A program made the translations under genes and the position numbers. The notes under the pieces are model-generated. The model was not told the DNA's origin and did no database searches. It saw nothing but the letters and a program-made list of their open reading frames with translations. A stretch of 64,000 bases of DNA, taken from positions 73,473-137,472 of the forward strand of contig JBMOPW010000002.1 in the NCBI GenBank assembly GCA_049322915.1, in the 5' to 3' direction. Positions within the stretch are counted from its first letter, which is position 1, and each line of letters starts with the position of its first letter. The DNA is from Candidatus Zhuqueibacterota bacterium (GTDB lineage: Bacteria; Zhuqueibacterota; Zhuqueibacteria; Thermofontimicrobiales; Thermofontimicrobiaceae). This document shows positions 23,809 through 34,011 of the stretch, piece by piece.

Positions 23809-25215
23809 ATGTTGCGTCGATTGATGTTCCTGGTTCTGTTCGCTATGCCGGGTCATCTCATGGCCGGCGAGCAGACGAAGCCGACACATGTCGCGGATCT
23901 GGACGTCACCTTCATCAGCCGAACGCCGCGCTATGAGCGGCTGCGCGCGAGTTATTATCAGCGCTCTGATGGTATGGTGGGAGATGTCAATCCCTATTTG
24001 ACCGAGGCTGAAAAACAAAAGAAGCGCTGGCCGGATGAGGGAGAGGTCGTCACCTTCACCGCCCATGTGAAAAATTTTGGTGACGTCGCTGTCGAAGCCT
24101 ATGAATATCTGTGGATGGTGGATGGCAAAACGATGAAGCGTGGGATTTCTGCGCGACTCTCGCCGGGGCAGGAGCATGAATTTCAACTGCAGTGGAACTG
24201 GCTGAACGGCCCTCACGCAGTTTCATTTCAGGTGGATCCGCTGGGACAGATTCGGGAAATCAGCACGCGTAACAATCAGTTGACCGATCGAACCGATGCG
24301 CTGACGTTTCATTTTCATGTCGAGCAGTCGCTGTACGATTATTTCCAGACAATCAGAAATTCATGGGGAACCTATAGTTGGGATGATTGGGCGCAGAGTC
24401 ACGTCGCGCTGATGAATGAAATGTTCAGGCGCGCCGTTTATCCAACAACGCCGGAAGGAATTCTGGAACGGGTACGACTGGACAAAATCACCATTCACAA
24501 GGATGGCGAACTCGATCCCGAGGGAACGCATGCCCCGGAAGATTGGGAATGGGACGGCCGTTGGGGATTCAAGCGCGACTATTTGAATGATAATTTTTAT
24601 GAGAAAAATCCATGGGCCGTGGAACATGAATGGTCGTTGATTCACGAACTGGGACATCAGGTTGGGCGGATTGATCTGTACTGCCTCGATGTCGCTGCTG
24701 CTCAGAATAAAGTGACCGGCGAACGGTATGTTTCCAAAACCGTGGATGGGATGATGCATCGCGGTATCTATTTGCCGCAGCATGAAGTTCACTTTTTTTG
24801 TGAACATACAGCCGCGTCTTTCAATCGGGATAAAGGCGTTCGGCGCGGTTTTTTCGGGGAGTATCTGATGGACATTCCCCAGGACAATGTGCTGATCTTT
24901 TTGAATCAGAAATATGAAGCGTTGAAGAACGCAGAAATATCCGTCTACCAGGCAAAGCCCTTCGGCTACACGGAAAAGATCATCGAGCCCCCGGCGAAAT
25001 TCACCGGTCGCACCACGGAAGCAGGGGAATTCCCGTTGCCGGAAAATCCCTTCGGCGAAATCAATAATTGGGGCACGAATGGCATTTTCCTGATTGAGGT
25101 CAGAGCCGGAGAGGGCGCCTATTTTCATTGGATGGAGATAGTCGATTTCAATCTGGAGTATTGGCGCGGCAATCGAATCAAGGCGGAGTACAAACTCGTG
25201 ATGCCTGTGGAATGA
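23809..25215 (+). CDS. Secreted CARDB-domain putative zinc metallopeptidase
   Basis: Signal peptide; CARDB-like segment (FTAHVKNFG...VDPLGQIREISTRNN); HELGHQVGRIDLY. Confidence 0.65.
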   Translation: MLRRLMFLVLFAMPGHLMAGEQTKPTHVADLDVTFISRTPRYERLRASYYQRSDGMVGDVNPYLTEAEKQKKRWPDEGEVVTFTAHVKNFGDVAVEAYEYLWMVDGKTMKRGISARLSPGQEHEFQLQWNWLNGPHAVSFQVDPLGQIREISTRNNQLTDRTDALTFHFHVEQSLYDYFQTIRNSWGTYSWDDWAQSHVALMNEMFRRAVYPTTPEGILERVRLDKITIHKDGELDPEGTHAPEDWEWDGRWGFKRDYLNDNFYEKNPWAVEHEWSLIHELGHQVGRIDLYCLDVAAAQNKVTGERYVSKTVDGMMHRGIYLPQHEVHFFCEHTAASFNRDKGVRRGFFGEYLMDIPQDNVLIFLNQKYEALKNAEISVYQAKPFGYTEKIIEPPAKFTGRTTEAGEFPLPENPFGEINNWGTNGIFLIEVRAGEGAYFHWMEIVDFNLEYWRGNRIKAEYKLVMPVE

Positions 25216-25363
25216 TGACAACCGTCCGTGCCACAATACGCGTGACTTGTGACAGATTGGCCCGGAGTCTGAAATTGTTACAAACGACGCATCACCCAAC
25301 GACCTGAACCTTCCCTTCAGTTAACTCAATTAAATTTAACATGTAAAAATGGAAAAATAAACC

Positions 25364-25378
25364 TGGCATGGAGTTTGT
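25364..25378 (+). promoter_or_regulatory. Possible sigma54 (-24/-12) promoter of the hsp20 genes
   Basis: TGGCAT-N5-TTGT versus consensus TGGCAC-N5-TTGC; the -12 GC is replaced by GT. Confidence 0.35.
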
Positions 25379-25440
25379 TTCAACTACCGGCAAATAAATA
25401 AATTTTGAAATCAAACATAATTTGTTAGGAGGAATGTGTT

Positions 25441-25875
25441 ATGGCTATTATTCGATGGAGAAACGTGGACAATCTCAGGAATGAAATGGATCGACTGTAC
25501 GATAGATATTATGGATCGAATCAGGAAGATGCTGAAAATATCTGCGATTGCTATCCAATGGTTGACATTAAAGAGACCAAAGATGAATTTGTAGTCACCG
25601 CGGAGATCCCGGGCGTTTCCAGGGAAGATATAAAAATCAATTTCACCGACGACGCGCTCACCCTTCAGGGCGAGAAAAATGAAGAGAAGAAAGTAGACGA
25701 TCATACCTACCATCGCGTCGAGCGATCCTATGGGAAATTTTATCGCAGTTTTACTTTCCCGGGTAAAATCGCTGGTGATAAAATTAAAGCAGCGTACAAA
25801 GATGGTATTCTCACCGTCAGCTTGCCGAAACGGGAAGAAGTGAAACCCAAAGAAATTTCCATTTCTGTATCCTGA
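25441..25875 (+). CDS. Hsp20/alpha-crystallin small heat-shock protein
   Basis: PMVDIKE, AEIPGV, ERSYGKFYRSF, AAYKDGILTVSLPK. Confidence 0.95.
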   Translation: MAIIRWRNVDNLRNEMDRLYDRYYGSNQEDAENICDCYPMVDIKETKDEFVVTAEIPGVSREDIKINFTDDALTLQGEKNEEKKVDDHTYHRVERSYGKFYRSFTFPGKIAGDKIKAAYKDGILTVSLPKREEVKPKEISISVS

Positions 25876-26021
25876 TGCCGGGAAAAAGTTACCCGGGTTT
25901 GAATTAAAAAGAAGCGTTTTTTTGTAATCACACAATGCAGTAGCCCGGCCTTGCTGAAGTTCTCGCCATAGGCCAGCTACTAACCCACACACTTAACCAA
26001 TATTGAAGGAGGTGTTTTCAC

Positions 26022-26465
26022 ATGGCTGTTATTCGATGGAGACCGTGGAATGAATTGGAAGGTTTGCGACATGAGATGGACAGGATGTTCGAGAATTTTT
26101 ATCGATCTGCATCCAGTGATGTTGAAAACCTTTCGGGAAATTACCCACTTGTGGACATTAAAGAAACAAAGGATGATTTGATACTGACGGCTGAAATCCC
26201 TGGTATTTCAAAGTCGGACATCAGCATCAGCTTCACAGAAAATACGCTGACGATCAAAGGTGAGAAGAAGGAAGAGAAAAAAGAGGCGGACCATAATTTC
26301 CACAAAAGTGAAAGACGGTTCGGCAGCTTCACCAGAAGCTTCACTCTTGGCACTCAAATTGACGTCGACAAGGTGAAAGCATCGTGCAAAGATGGCCTGC
26401 TTGTGATTGAAATGCCCAAGAAGGAAGAAGTCAAACCGCGCGAAATTCCTATTTCCATTAAGTAA
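26022..26465 (+). CDS. Hsp20/alpha-crystallin small heat-shock protein (paralogue)
   Basis: PLVDIKE, AEIPGI, ERRFGSFTRSF, KDGLLVIEMPK. Confidence 0.95.
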   Translation: MAVIRWRPWNELEGLRHEMDRMFENFYRSASSDVENLSGNYPLVDIKETKDDLILTAEIPGISKSDISISFTENTLTIKGEKKEEKKEADHNFHKSERRFGSFTRSFTLGTQIDVDKVKASCKDGLLVIEMPKKEEVKPREIPISIK

Positions 26466-26482
26466 ATTCATACATGATAATG

Positions 26483-26533
26483 AAAGAGTGTTTTGCTTGC
26501 TTCGAGTTCGGAATCGAGCGAAACACTCTTTTT
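26483..26533 (+). terminator. Hairpin/terminator after the second hsp20
   Basis: aaagagtgttt...aaacactcttt followed by further T residues. Confidence 0.65.
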
Positions 26534-26630
26534 CATTTTGGAAAAAGATAATGCTTGATTTTTTAGAAAATGAATTTTAAATTAGGACGATTTAAATTGA
26601 AATCCTTGTCTCATTTATCCAGCATGCGAT

Positions 26631-27233
26631 ATGAAAGATTACTACGTAATATTAGGTCTTCCCAGGAATTGCAATCTGGCTGAGATTAAAAAAGCTTATC
26701 GCAACCTTGCAAAACAACATCACCCTGATAAAATAAAAGGGGATAATTGTAGCGGGTTTCGCGAGGTGCAGGAGGCGTACGAAACCCTGAGTGAGAATGA
26801 TAAACGCCGGGATTACGATAGTCAGCTTCGAAAGTCTGAATCTTCGCGCCCAATTGCACACCGCGCTCCATCCGTTGCTCCACAGTCTTTTACCGATTGT
26901 CCATTTTCCCGTTTTGATTATTTTTCTCAAACGCTTCAGGCGTTGCATCATCCGGACTTCTACAGCATGGAATTGATTCTCACCCCGAGTGAAGCAAAAT
27001 CCGGCGGCGCTGTGCCTCTGAATATTCCCACTCACGAGACGTGCAATGAATGCCGGGGATTTGGTTTCATCGGATTTCGGGCCTGCCATATGTGCCGGGG
27101 CGCCGGCGTGATCAATCGCGCGCACCAGGTCGTGTTAAAATATCCATCGGACGCAATGCATAATGAGCAGTTCGAAACGTTCATCCAAGGATTCGGATAC
27201 CTTCATATCACTGTGAAAATTTATGAACATTAA
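26631..27233 (+). CDS. Short DnaJ-domain protein with a partial zinc finger
   Basis: DYYVILG...IKKAYR...HPD J-domain; CNECRGFG and CHMCRGAG repeats. Confidence 0.88.
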   Translation: MKDYYVILGLPRNCNLAEIKKAYRNLAKQHHPDKIKGDNCSGFREVQEAYETLSENDKRRDYDSQLRKSESSRPIAHRAPSVAPQSFTDCPFSRFDYFSQTLQALHHPDFYSMELILTPSEAKSGGAVPLNIPTHETCNECRGFGFIGFRACHMCRGAGVINRAHQVVLKYPSDAMHNEQFETFIQGFGYLHITVKIYEH

Positions 27234-27311
27234 AAGAGCCTTTGCCTGTATGCTACTATTCAACGCGATTTCTTTGTACATATATGTTCCAAATGATTTC
27301 TAAAATAGACG

Positions 27312-27334
27312 GCGAGTTATATACTCGCTTTTTT
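27312..27334 (+). terminator. Putative terminator after the DnaJ gene
   Basis: gcgagt-tatat-actcgc plus T-tract. Confidence 0.5.
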
Positions 27335-27383
27335 ATTTGTCCTGTGAATGAATTGCACAATTAAAACATGAGAAGGAGGTTTT

Positions 27384-28523
27384 ATGGATTTCGTCCTCAC
27401 TGAGGAACAAACGATGCTGCGTGATTCTGTCAGGGAATTTGCTGAAAACCGATTGGCAGTTGAAGCGGAAGAAGCAGATGTTCAGGCGTTCATTAAATCC
27501 GATGTGTTGAAGGAGATCGCTGAATTGGGCTATTGCGGAATCTGCACGCCGGACATTTATGGTGGCGCCGGTTTTGATACAACGTGCTACGCGCTGGCCA
27601 TTGAGGAAATTTCCAAAGTTGACGCCTCCATCGGCGTGTTGCTTTCGGTGACAAATTCACCGGCCCAGTTTCCACTGATACAGTTTGGCTCGGAAGCGCT
27701 CAGGCAGAAATACCTGCCCGACCTGGCCAGCGGTCGCAAAATTGGCGCTTTCTGTCTCACAGAAGCCAATGCCGGATCCGATGCTGCAGGCATCAAGCTT
27801 ACAGCCGAGTTGAAAGGTGATCACTATACATTGAATGGCTCGAAACAATTCATCACCAATGGCGAGCTTGCCGAAACTTTCATCGTGTTTGGTACGATTG
27901 ATAAAAACCTGAAAACTAAGGGCATCACGGCGTTTGTCGTGGAAAAGAATTTTCCCGGTGTGAAGATTGGCAAAAAAGAGAATAAGATGGGGCTGCGCGG
28001 CTCCTGCACCAATGAAATTATCTTTGAAAACTGTGTCGTCCCCGGAGAGAATGTCATTGGTGAACCAGGGGATGGATTTAAAATTGCGCTGGCAACGTTA
28101 GATCATAGCCGCATCGGCATTGGCGCGCAGGCGCTGGGGATTGCTGAAGCAGCGCTGGAATATGCCCTGAATTACGCCAAAGAGCGGCAACAATTCGGTC
28201 GGCCCATTGCGGAATTCGAGGCGATTCGTTTCATGCTGGCCGATATGGCGACAGAAATAGAGGCAGCCCGTTATCTGGTTTACCATGCCGCATGGTTGCA
28301 CGATAAGGGAAAGCGGACGTCGAAAGAATCGGCCATGGCCAAATTATTCGCCTCCGAAATGGCCTTTCGCTGTGTGCACAAATCGCTACAGATTCACGGG
28401 GGGTACGGCTACATGAAAGAATACCCGATTGAGCGTCTCTATCGCGATCAGCGGGTGACTGAAATTTACGAAGGAACGTCGGAAGTGCAGCGGTTGGTTA
28501 TTGCAGCGTCGCTTTTGAAATAG
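27384..28523 (+). CDS. Acyl-CoA dehydrogenase (short/branched-chain type)
   Basis: AFCLTEANAGSD, LNGSKQFITNG, KMGLRGS, QIHGGYGY, EIYEGTSEVQ. Confidence 0.95.
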   Translation: MDFVLTEEQTMLRDSVREFAENRLAVEAEEADVQAFIKSDVLKEIAELGYCGICTPDIYGGAGFDTTCYALAIEEISKVDASIGVLLSVTNSPAQFPLIQFGSEALRQKYLPDLASGRKIGAFCLTEANAGSDAAGIKLTAELKGDHYTLNGSKQFITNGELAETFIVFGTIDKNLKTKGITAFVVEKNFPGVKIGKKENKMGLRGSCTNEIIFENCVVPGENVIGEPGDGFKIALATLDHSRIGIGAQALGIAEAALEYALNYAKERQQFGRPIAEFEAIRFMLADMATEIEAARYLVYHAAWLHDKGKRTSKESAMAKLFASEMAFRCVHKSLQIHGGYGYMKEYPIERLYRDQRVTEIYEGTSEVQRLVIAASLLK

Positions 28524-28556
28524 AATCCTGATCATTTCAAAATACCGGAGAGAAAA

Positions 28557-29690
28557 ATGGAATTAACTGATCGGCAGAAGAATTTCCAGAAAAAAGTAAG
28601 ATCATTTTGCCTCGATGAAATCGCACCGCATGCGGATAGAATTGACAGAGAGGGTGTCTTCCCGGAAGACATCATGGCAAAGGTCGCGGATTTTGGACTT
28701 TTTGGCTGCGTGATTCCGGAGAAATACGGCGGTCTGGGACTGGATACAGTCTCCTACGCCATCGCTGTGGAAGAAGTGTCCCGCGTGTGCGGCTCCACCG
28801 GAATTACCATTGCCGCGCACAATTCGCTGGGAGCAATGCCGTTCCTTTTGTTCGGCACGGATGCGCAAAAGGAGAAATATTTGCCAGGCCTGGCCAGAGG
28901 CAGGGAATTGGGCGCTTTCGGTCTCACGGAGCCCGGCGCCGGCTCCGATGCCGGAGGCACAAAATCCGTCGCCATCAAACAGGGCGATAACTGGGTCATC
29001 AACGGCCGGAAATGCTTCATCACCAGTGCGGCTCATTCGGGTGTGATTGTAATTACCGCCAAGACGGAACAGGACGAGACCAGGCGGCGGATTTCCTCTT
29101 TCATCGTTGAAAAAAATACGCCGGGCTTCGTCGTGGGCAAGAAGGAGAACAAGATGGGATTGCGCGGCTCGGACACGCGCGAATTGATTTTTGAAAACAT
29201 GCGTTTGGCCGGCGACGCACTGCTGGGGAATGAGGGGGAAGGCTTCAAACAATTCCTGACCATTCTCGATGGCGGAAGAATTTCCATTGGCGCGATGGCG
29301 CTTGGTCTGGCCCAGGGCGCATTCGATTATTGCCTGCAATTTGTCAAACAGATGGAACGGGCCGGCGCGCCGCTCACTTCGTCTCAGGCTGTGCAATGGA
29401 AAATGGCGGACATGTACACTCAAATTCAATGCGCCCGGCATTTGATTTATTACTCCGCCCGACTTGAAGACGCGCATCAGAAATTCATCGTTGAATCGGC
29501 CATGGCGAAATTGTACGCTTCGGAAATTGCAACGAAAGTCGCGCACGAGGCCATGCAGATCGTCGGTGAGGAGGGCTGCAACCGCGACACGCCGCTGGAA
29601 CGGATTTATCGCGATGTGCGACTCTGTGAAATTGGCGAAGGTACATCGGAAATTCAGCGGATCGTCATTGCGCGGGAATTGTTCAAATAG
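28557..29690 (+). CDS. Acyl-CoA dehydrogenase (second paralogue)
   Basis: AFGLTEPGAGSD, INGRKCFIT, KMGLRGSDT, EIGEGTSEIQ. Confidence 0.95.
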   Translation: MELTDRQKNFQKKVRSFCLDEIAPHADRIDREGVFPEDIMAKVADFGLFGCVIPEKYGGLGLDTVSYAIAVEEVSRVCGSTGITIAAHNSLGAMPFLLFGTDAQKEKYLPGLARGRELGAFGLTEPGAGSDAGGTKSVAIKQGDNWVINGRKCFITSAAHSGVIVITAKTEQDETRRRISSFIVEKNTPGFVVGKKENKMGLRGSDTRELIFENMRLAGDALLGNEGEGFKQFLTILDGGRISIGAMALGLAQGAFDYCLQFVKQMERAGAPLTSSQAVQWKMADMYTQIQCARHLIYYSARLEDAHQKFIVESAMAKLYASEIATKVAHEAMQIVGEEGCNRDTPLERIYRDVRLCEIGEGTSEIQRIVIARELFK

Positions 29691-29701
29691 GAGCCGCAGG
29701 T

Positions 29702-30562
29702 ATGGTGATGTCTTTCTCCATTGGCGATTGTCAGTTGTTCCTTCCTGAAGCCGGCAGTTTTGCCCTGGATGCCGGCGCCTATTTCGGAATTGTGCCGAAA
29801 CTGATCTGGCAGAAGCTGGTTACTGTGGACGAATTTAATCGCTGCCGGATCGCGATAAATCCCCTGCTGATCAAAACGCCGCAGCATACCATTTTGGTGG
29901 ATCCCGGCCTGGGCGACAAATACGGGGACAAGCTTCGGTTCATTTATGACATCAAGACCGAAACGAATTTGCTGAATTCGTTGCAGGAAATCAATGTGTC
30001 GCCGGCGGATATCGATATTGTCGTGGCGACTCACATGCATTTTGACCATATCGGCGCGTTGACCCGAATCAATGAGCATAGTGAGGTTGCGCCGACTTTT
30101 CCCAATGCGGTTCATTATTTCCAGGCTGGCGAATGGGACGATGCGACGAATCCGGACGAGCGAACCAAAGCGAGCTATTTCTCCGAGAACTTCCTGCCCT
30201 TGCAGGAGCGGGGCCTGGTCACATTGATCGAAGGCGATGTGCAGATAACGCCGCACGTTCGCGTCGAGAAAACCGGCGGCCATACAAAACATCACCAGAT
30301 AGTCATTTTCGAAGCCCAAGGGCAGACCGTCGTTTATCCCGGCGACATTCTGCCCTCTGTGGACCATCTGCCGCTGCCGTACGTGATGGCGCTTGATTTA
30401 TATCCGGTCGATGTGATGGCTCAGAAACGGAACCTGTATCGCCGCGCCATCGAACGCGACTGGATAATCTGCATCGACCACGCCAACGGAGAGAAAGCGG
30501 GGCGGATCCGATTCGAGGGTAAGAGATATATGTTCGAACCGCTGATAATGGCCGAATCGTGA
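29702..30562 (+). CDS. MBL-fold metallo-hydrolase (YtnP-like)
   Basis: FALDAGAYFGIVPK, THMHFDH, GGHTKHHQ. Confidence 0.88.
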   Translation: MVMSFSIGDCQLFLPEAGSFALDAGAYFGIVPKLIWQKLVTVDEFNRCRIAINPLLIKTPQHTILVDPGLGDKYGDKLRFIYDIKTETNLLNSLQEINVSPADIDIVVATHMHFDHIGALTRINEHSEVAPTFPNAVHYFQAGEWDDATNPDERTKASYFSENFLPLQERGLVTLIEGDVQITPHVRVEKTGGHTKHHQIVIFEAQGQTVVYPGDILPSVDHLPLPYVMALDLYPVDVMAQKRNLYRRAIERDWIICIDHANGEKAGRIRFEGKRYMFEPLIMAES

Positions 30563-30647
30563 GCAATCACTGAACAGAAAATTATTGCAGAGCAGGCGGA
30601 TGCGTTTTAAAAATTTGAGAGATGATCCCTATTTAAAGAGATTAAAA

Positions 30648-33470
30648 ATGAACAGATTTATTTTTCTTTTAGTTTATGCTTTTCTTTTAGTTTCAATTTC
30701 GTATAGCCAACAGACCGGAACAAATAACTATGTTGATGCTGTTATTAAAGACGGTAAGCGGGATTATAATAGGGAGACAAACCGTGGAGAGAGAAATAGT
30801 TGGAAGGAAAAAAGGGCAGCGAGAGGAGAACAGGATATTCCCCTAACTACTCCTCATAATCGCCAACTTACACCGCAAGAAGTAATAACCTTACAATCTA
30901 TTATTCAGGACTTTCAGGTTAACGAAGAAATTTGTAGTAGTTCGGTTCAAGAAAATGCTTTAATCGCCATGGACGGGAGCGGAAATTTCGTAATTGCCTG
31001 GGAAGATTATCGTAATGCTAATTATGACATCTATGCCCAGAGGTATAATAGTAGTGGCAGCGCACTAGGGACAAACTTCAAAGTCAATGATGATACAGGA
31101 AGTTCTTATCAAGTCGAAGCTTCAATCGCCATGGACGGGAGCGGAAATTTCGTAATTGCCTGGAAAGATTATCGTAATGGTTATTACGCCGACATCTATG
31201 CCCAGAGGTATAATAATAGTGGCAGCGCACAAGGGACAAACTTCAAAGTCAATGATGATACAGGAGGTTCGGGGCAATACAATCCTTCAATCGCCATGGA
31301 CGGGAGCGGAAATTTCGTAATTGCCTGGTCTGATACTCGTAAAGGAGAGTGGGACATCTATGCGCAGAGGTATGATAGTAGTGGCAGCGCACAGGGGACA
31401 AACTTCAAAGTCAATGATGATACAGGAGGTTATTATCAAATCTATCCTTCAATCGCCATGGACGGGAGCGGAAATTTCGTAATTGCCTGGGAAGATGATC
31501 GTAATGGAGATTGGGACATCTATGCCCAGAGGTCTAATAGTAGTGGCAGCGCACAAGGGACAAACTTCAAAGTCAATGATGATACAGGAAGTTCTTATCA
31601 AGGCGCTCCTTCAATCGCCATAGACGGGAGCGGAAATTTCGTAATTGCCTGGCAAGATGGTCGTAATGGTCATTATGACATCTATGCCCAGAGGTATAAT
31701 AGTAGTGGCAGCGCCCAAGGGACAAACTTCAAAGTCAATGATGATACAGGAAGTTCTTCTCAATACAATCCTTCAATCGCCATGGACGGGAGCGGAAATT
31801 TCGTAATTGCCTGGGAAGATTATCGTAATGGAGATTGGGACATCTATGCCCAGAGGTATAATAGTAGTGGCAGCGCACAAGGGACAAACTTCCAAGTCAA
31901 TGATGATACAGGAAGTTCGGGGCAATACAATCCTTCAATCGCCATAGACGAGAGCGGAAATTTCGTAATTGTCTGGGAAGATTATTGTAATTGTACTACA
32001 GACATCTATGCCCGGAGGTATAATAGTAGTGGCAGTGCACAAGGGACAAACTTCCAAGTCAATGATGATATAGGAAGTTCGGATCAATGGAATCCTTCAA
32101 TCGCCATGGACGGGAGCGGAAATTTCGTAATTGTCTGGGAAGATTATTGTAATTGTACTACATATGCCCGGAGGTATAATAATAGTGGCAGCGCACAAGG
32201 GACAAACTTCCAAGTCAATGATGATACAGGAAGTTCGGGGCAATACAATCCTTCAATCGCCATGGACGGGAGCGGAAAATTCGTAATTGCCTGGTCTGAT
32301 ACTCGTAATGGAGAGTGGGACATCTATGCGCAGAGGTATGATAGTAGTGGCAGCGCACAGGGGACAAACTTCAAAGTCAATGATGATACAGGAAGTTCTT
32401 ATCAAGGCGCTCCTTCAATCGCCATAGACGGGAGCGGAAATTTCGTAATTGCCTGGGAAGATGATCGTAATGGTTATTATACCGACATCTATGCGCAGAG
32501 GTATAATAGTAGTGGCAGCGCACAAGGGACAAACTTCAAAGTCAATGATGATACAGGAAGTTCTTATCAAGGCGCTCCTTCAATCGCCATAGACGGGAGC
32601 GGAAATTTCGTAATTGCCTGGAAAGATTATCGTAATGGTTATTACCCCGACATCTATGCCCAGAGGTATAATAGTAGTGGCAGCGCACAAGGGACAAACT
32701 TCAAAGTCAATGATGATATAGAAAGTTCGGATCAAAGCCATCCTTCAATCGCCATAGACGGGAGTGGAAATTTCGTAATTGCCTGGCATGATGAGCGTAA
32801 TGGAGATTGGGACATCTATGCCCGGAGGTATAATAGTAGTGGCAGCGCCCAAGGGACAAACTTCCAAGTCAATGATGATACAGGAAGTTCGGATCAATGG
32901 AATCCTTCAATCGCCATAGACGGAAGCGGAAATTTCGTAATTGCCTGGGAAGATTATCGTAATGGAGATTGGGACATCTATGCCCAGAGGTATAATAGTA
33001 GTGGAACAGGGATAGAGGGTAATTTCAGAGCGACAGCTGCAGGAGGAGTGTATCACTTGCATCCCGCTGTTAAATTATGGGATGGTAAAATATATAACAC
33101 ATGGATGAGCGAATACGGATATGATTGGGACATTTGGGCAAATGTACTTGATTGGGATAATCCGGTTGGTATTGAGGAAAAAGAAAGCGGTAATCGGTTA
33201 TCAGTAACCAGTTATTGGCTGGGGCAAAATTATCCAAATCCATTTAATCTCACGACTATTATATCTTTTAATCTACCTAAAAAAGCTAATGTAATTTTAA
33301 CTATTTATAGCCTGATTGGAAAAGAGATTGACACAATAGTAAATAAGGAATATAATTCCGGTTATTATGAGATACTATTCGATGCTTCAAATTTGACATC
33401 TGGTCTATATTTATATAAATTAGAAGCAGATGATTTCATTGAAGTTAAAAAATTCGTGGTTTTAAAATAA
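30648..33470 (+). CDS. Secreted tandem-repeat (probable double beta-propeller) protein with a C-terminal secretion-tail domain
   Basis: Signal peptide MNRFIFLLV...; 13 repeats of ~54 aa (SIAMDGSGNFVIAWxDxRNGxxDIYAQRY...) plus one degenerate unit; QNYPNPFN tail. Confidence 0.85.
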   Translation: MNRFIFLLVYAFLLVSISYSQQTGTNNYVDAVIKDGKRDYNRETNRGERNSWKEKRAARGEQDIPLTTPHNRQLTPQEVITLQSIIQDFQVNEEICSSSVQENALIAMDGSGNFVIAWEDYRNANYDIYAQRYNSSGSALGTNFKVNDDTGSSYQVEASIAMDGSGNFVIAWKDYRNGYYADIYAQRYNNSGSAQGTNFKVNDDTGGSGQYNPSIAMDGSGNFVIAWSDTRKGEWDIYAQRYDSSGSAQGTNFKVNDDTGGYYQIYPSIAMDGSGNFVIAWEDDRNGDWDIYAQRSNSSGSAQGTNFKVNDDTGSSYQGAPSIAIDGSGNFVIAWQDGRNGHYDIYAQRYNSSGSAQGTNFKVNDDTGSSSQYNPSIAMDGSGNFVIAWEDYRNGDWDIYAQRYNSSGSAQGTNFQVNDDTGSSGQYNPSIAIDESGNFVIVWEDYCNCTTDIYARRYNSSGSAQGTNFQVNDDIGSSDQWNPSIAMDGSGNFVIVWEDYCNCTTYARRYNNSGSAQGTNFQVNDDTGSSGQYNPSIAMDGSGKFVIAWSDTRNGEWDIYAQRYDSSGSAQGTNFKVNDDTGSSYQGAPSIAIDGSGNFVIAWEDDRNGYYTDIYAQRYNSSGSAQGTNFKVNDDTGSSYQGAPSIAIDGSGNFVIAWKDYRNGYYPDIYAQRYNSSGSAQGTNFKVNDDIESSDQSHPSIAIDGSGNFVIAWHDERNGDWDIYARRYNSSGSAQGTNFQVNDDTGSSDQWNPSIAIDGSGNFVIAWEDYRNGDWDIYAQRYNSSGTGIEGNFRATAAGGVYHLHPAVKLWDGKIYNTWMSEYGYDWDIWANVLDWDNPVGIEEKESGNRLSVTSYWLGQNYPNPFNLTTIISFNLPKKANVILTIYSLIGKEIDTIVNKEYNSGYYEILFDASNLTSGLYLYKLEADDFIEVKKFVVLK
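30960..33005 (+). repeat. Coding tandem repeat, 13 units of ~162 bp
   Basis: Near-identical DNA units (gacgggagcggaaatttcgtaattgcctgg ... ggcagcgcacaagggacaaacttcaaagtcaatgatgata). Confidence 0.95.
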
Positions 33471-34011
33471 TATTATATTTTATGCTTATAAAGATTGTTA
33501 CAATAATGCTGCTAATCTGTGTGTTACTTAGTGGTTTAATTCATAAATTCAGTGACGTATAAAAAATAAAGATGTGAGCAAAATTTATCTAATCGAGGAA
33601 CCTTATTTTTGTTGTTAAAACCTTAGTAGTAGAAAAAGCCCTGAAAAAATTTCACCTCATTACCTTATTATCATTACCTGGTTTATAAATAAGGTAATAA
33701 GTTTAGGGTATGGGGAAAACATTTCCTACTAAGGTGTAAAGACTAGAATAAGGTTTAACATCATGGCTATTTTGTAAAAAATATGTCGTCGTAATTATGA
33801 AATAGGGTACTAAGGTATTTATGCATAACTTGTGCATGCAGTTAACCGAAACCGCCATGTGCGAATTCGATAATTTGGATGTCCGCAACAAGAAAGTTAA
33901 AATATTGGCGTTCAGTGCGCCGCACGGTTTCGGCAACAGATGCAAAACGTTTTGTAAAAAAGTTAAAGTTAGTTGAAAGCGCTACTCTTCACAGGTAAAG
34001 GAGAAGAATTT

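Noticed and set aside
30960..33005. CRISPR array or DGR template/variable repeats
   Set aside because: Units are in-frame coding repeats without unique spacers; differences are not adenine-specific; no cas or reverse transcriptase gene in the window
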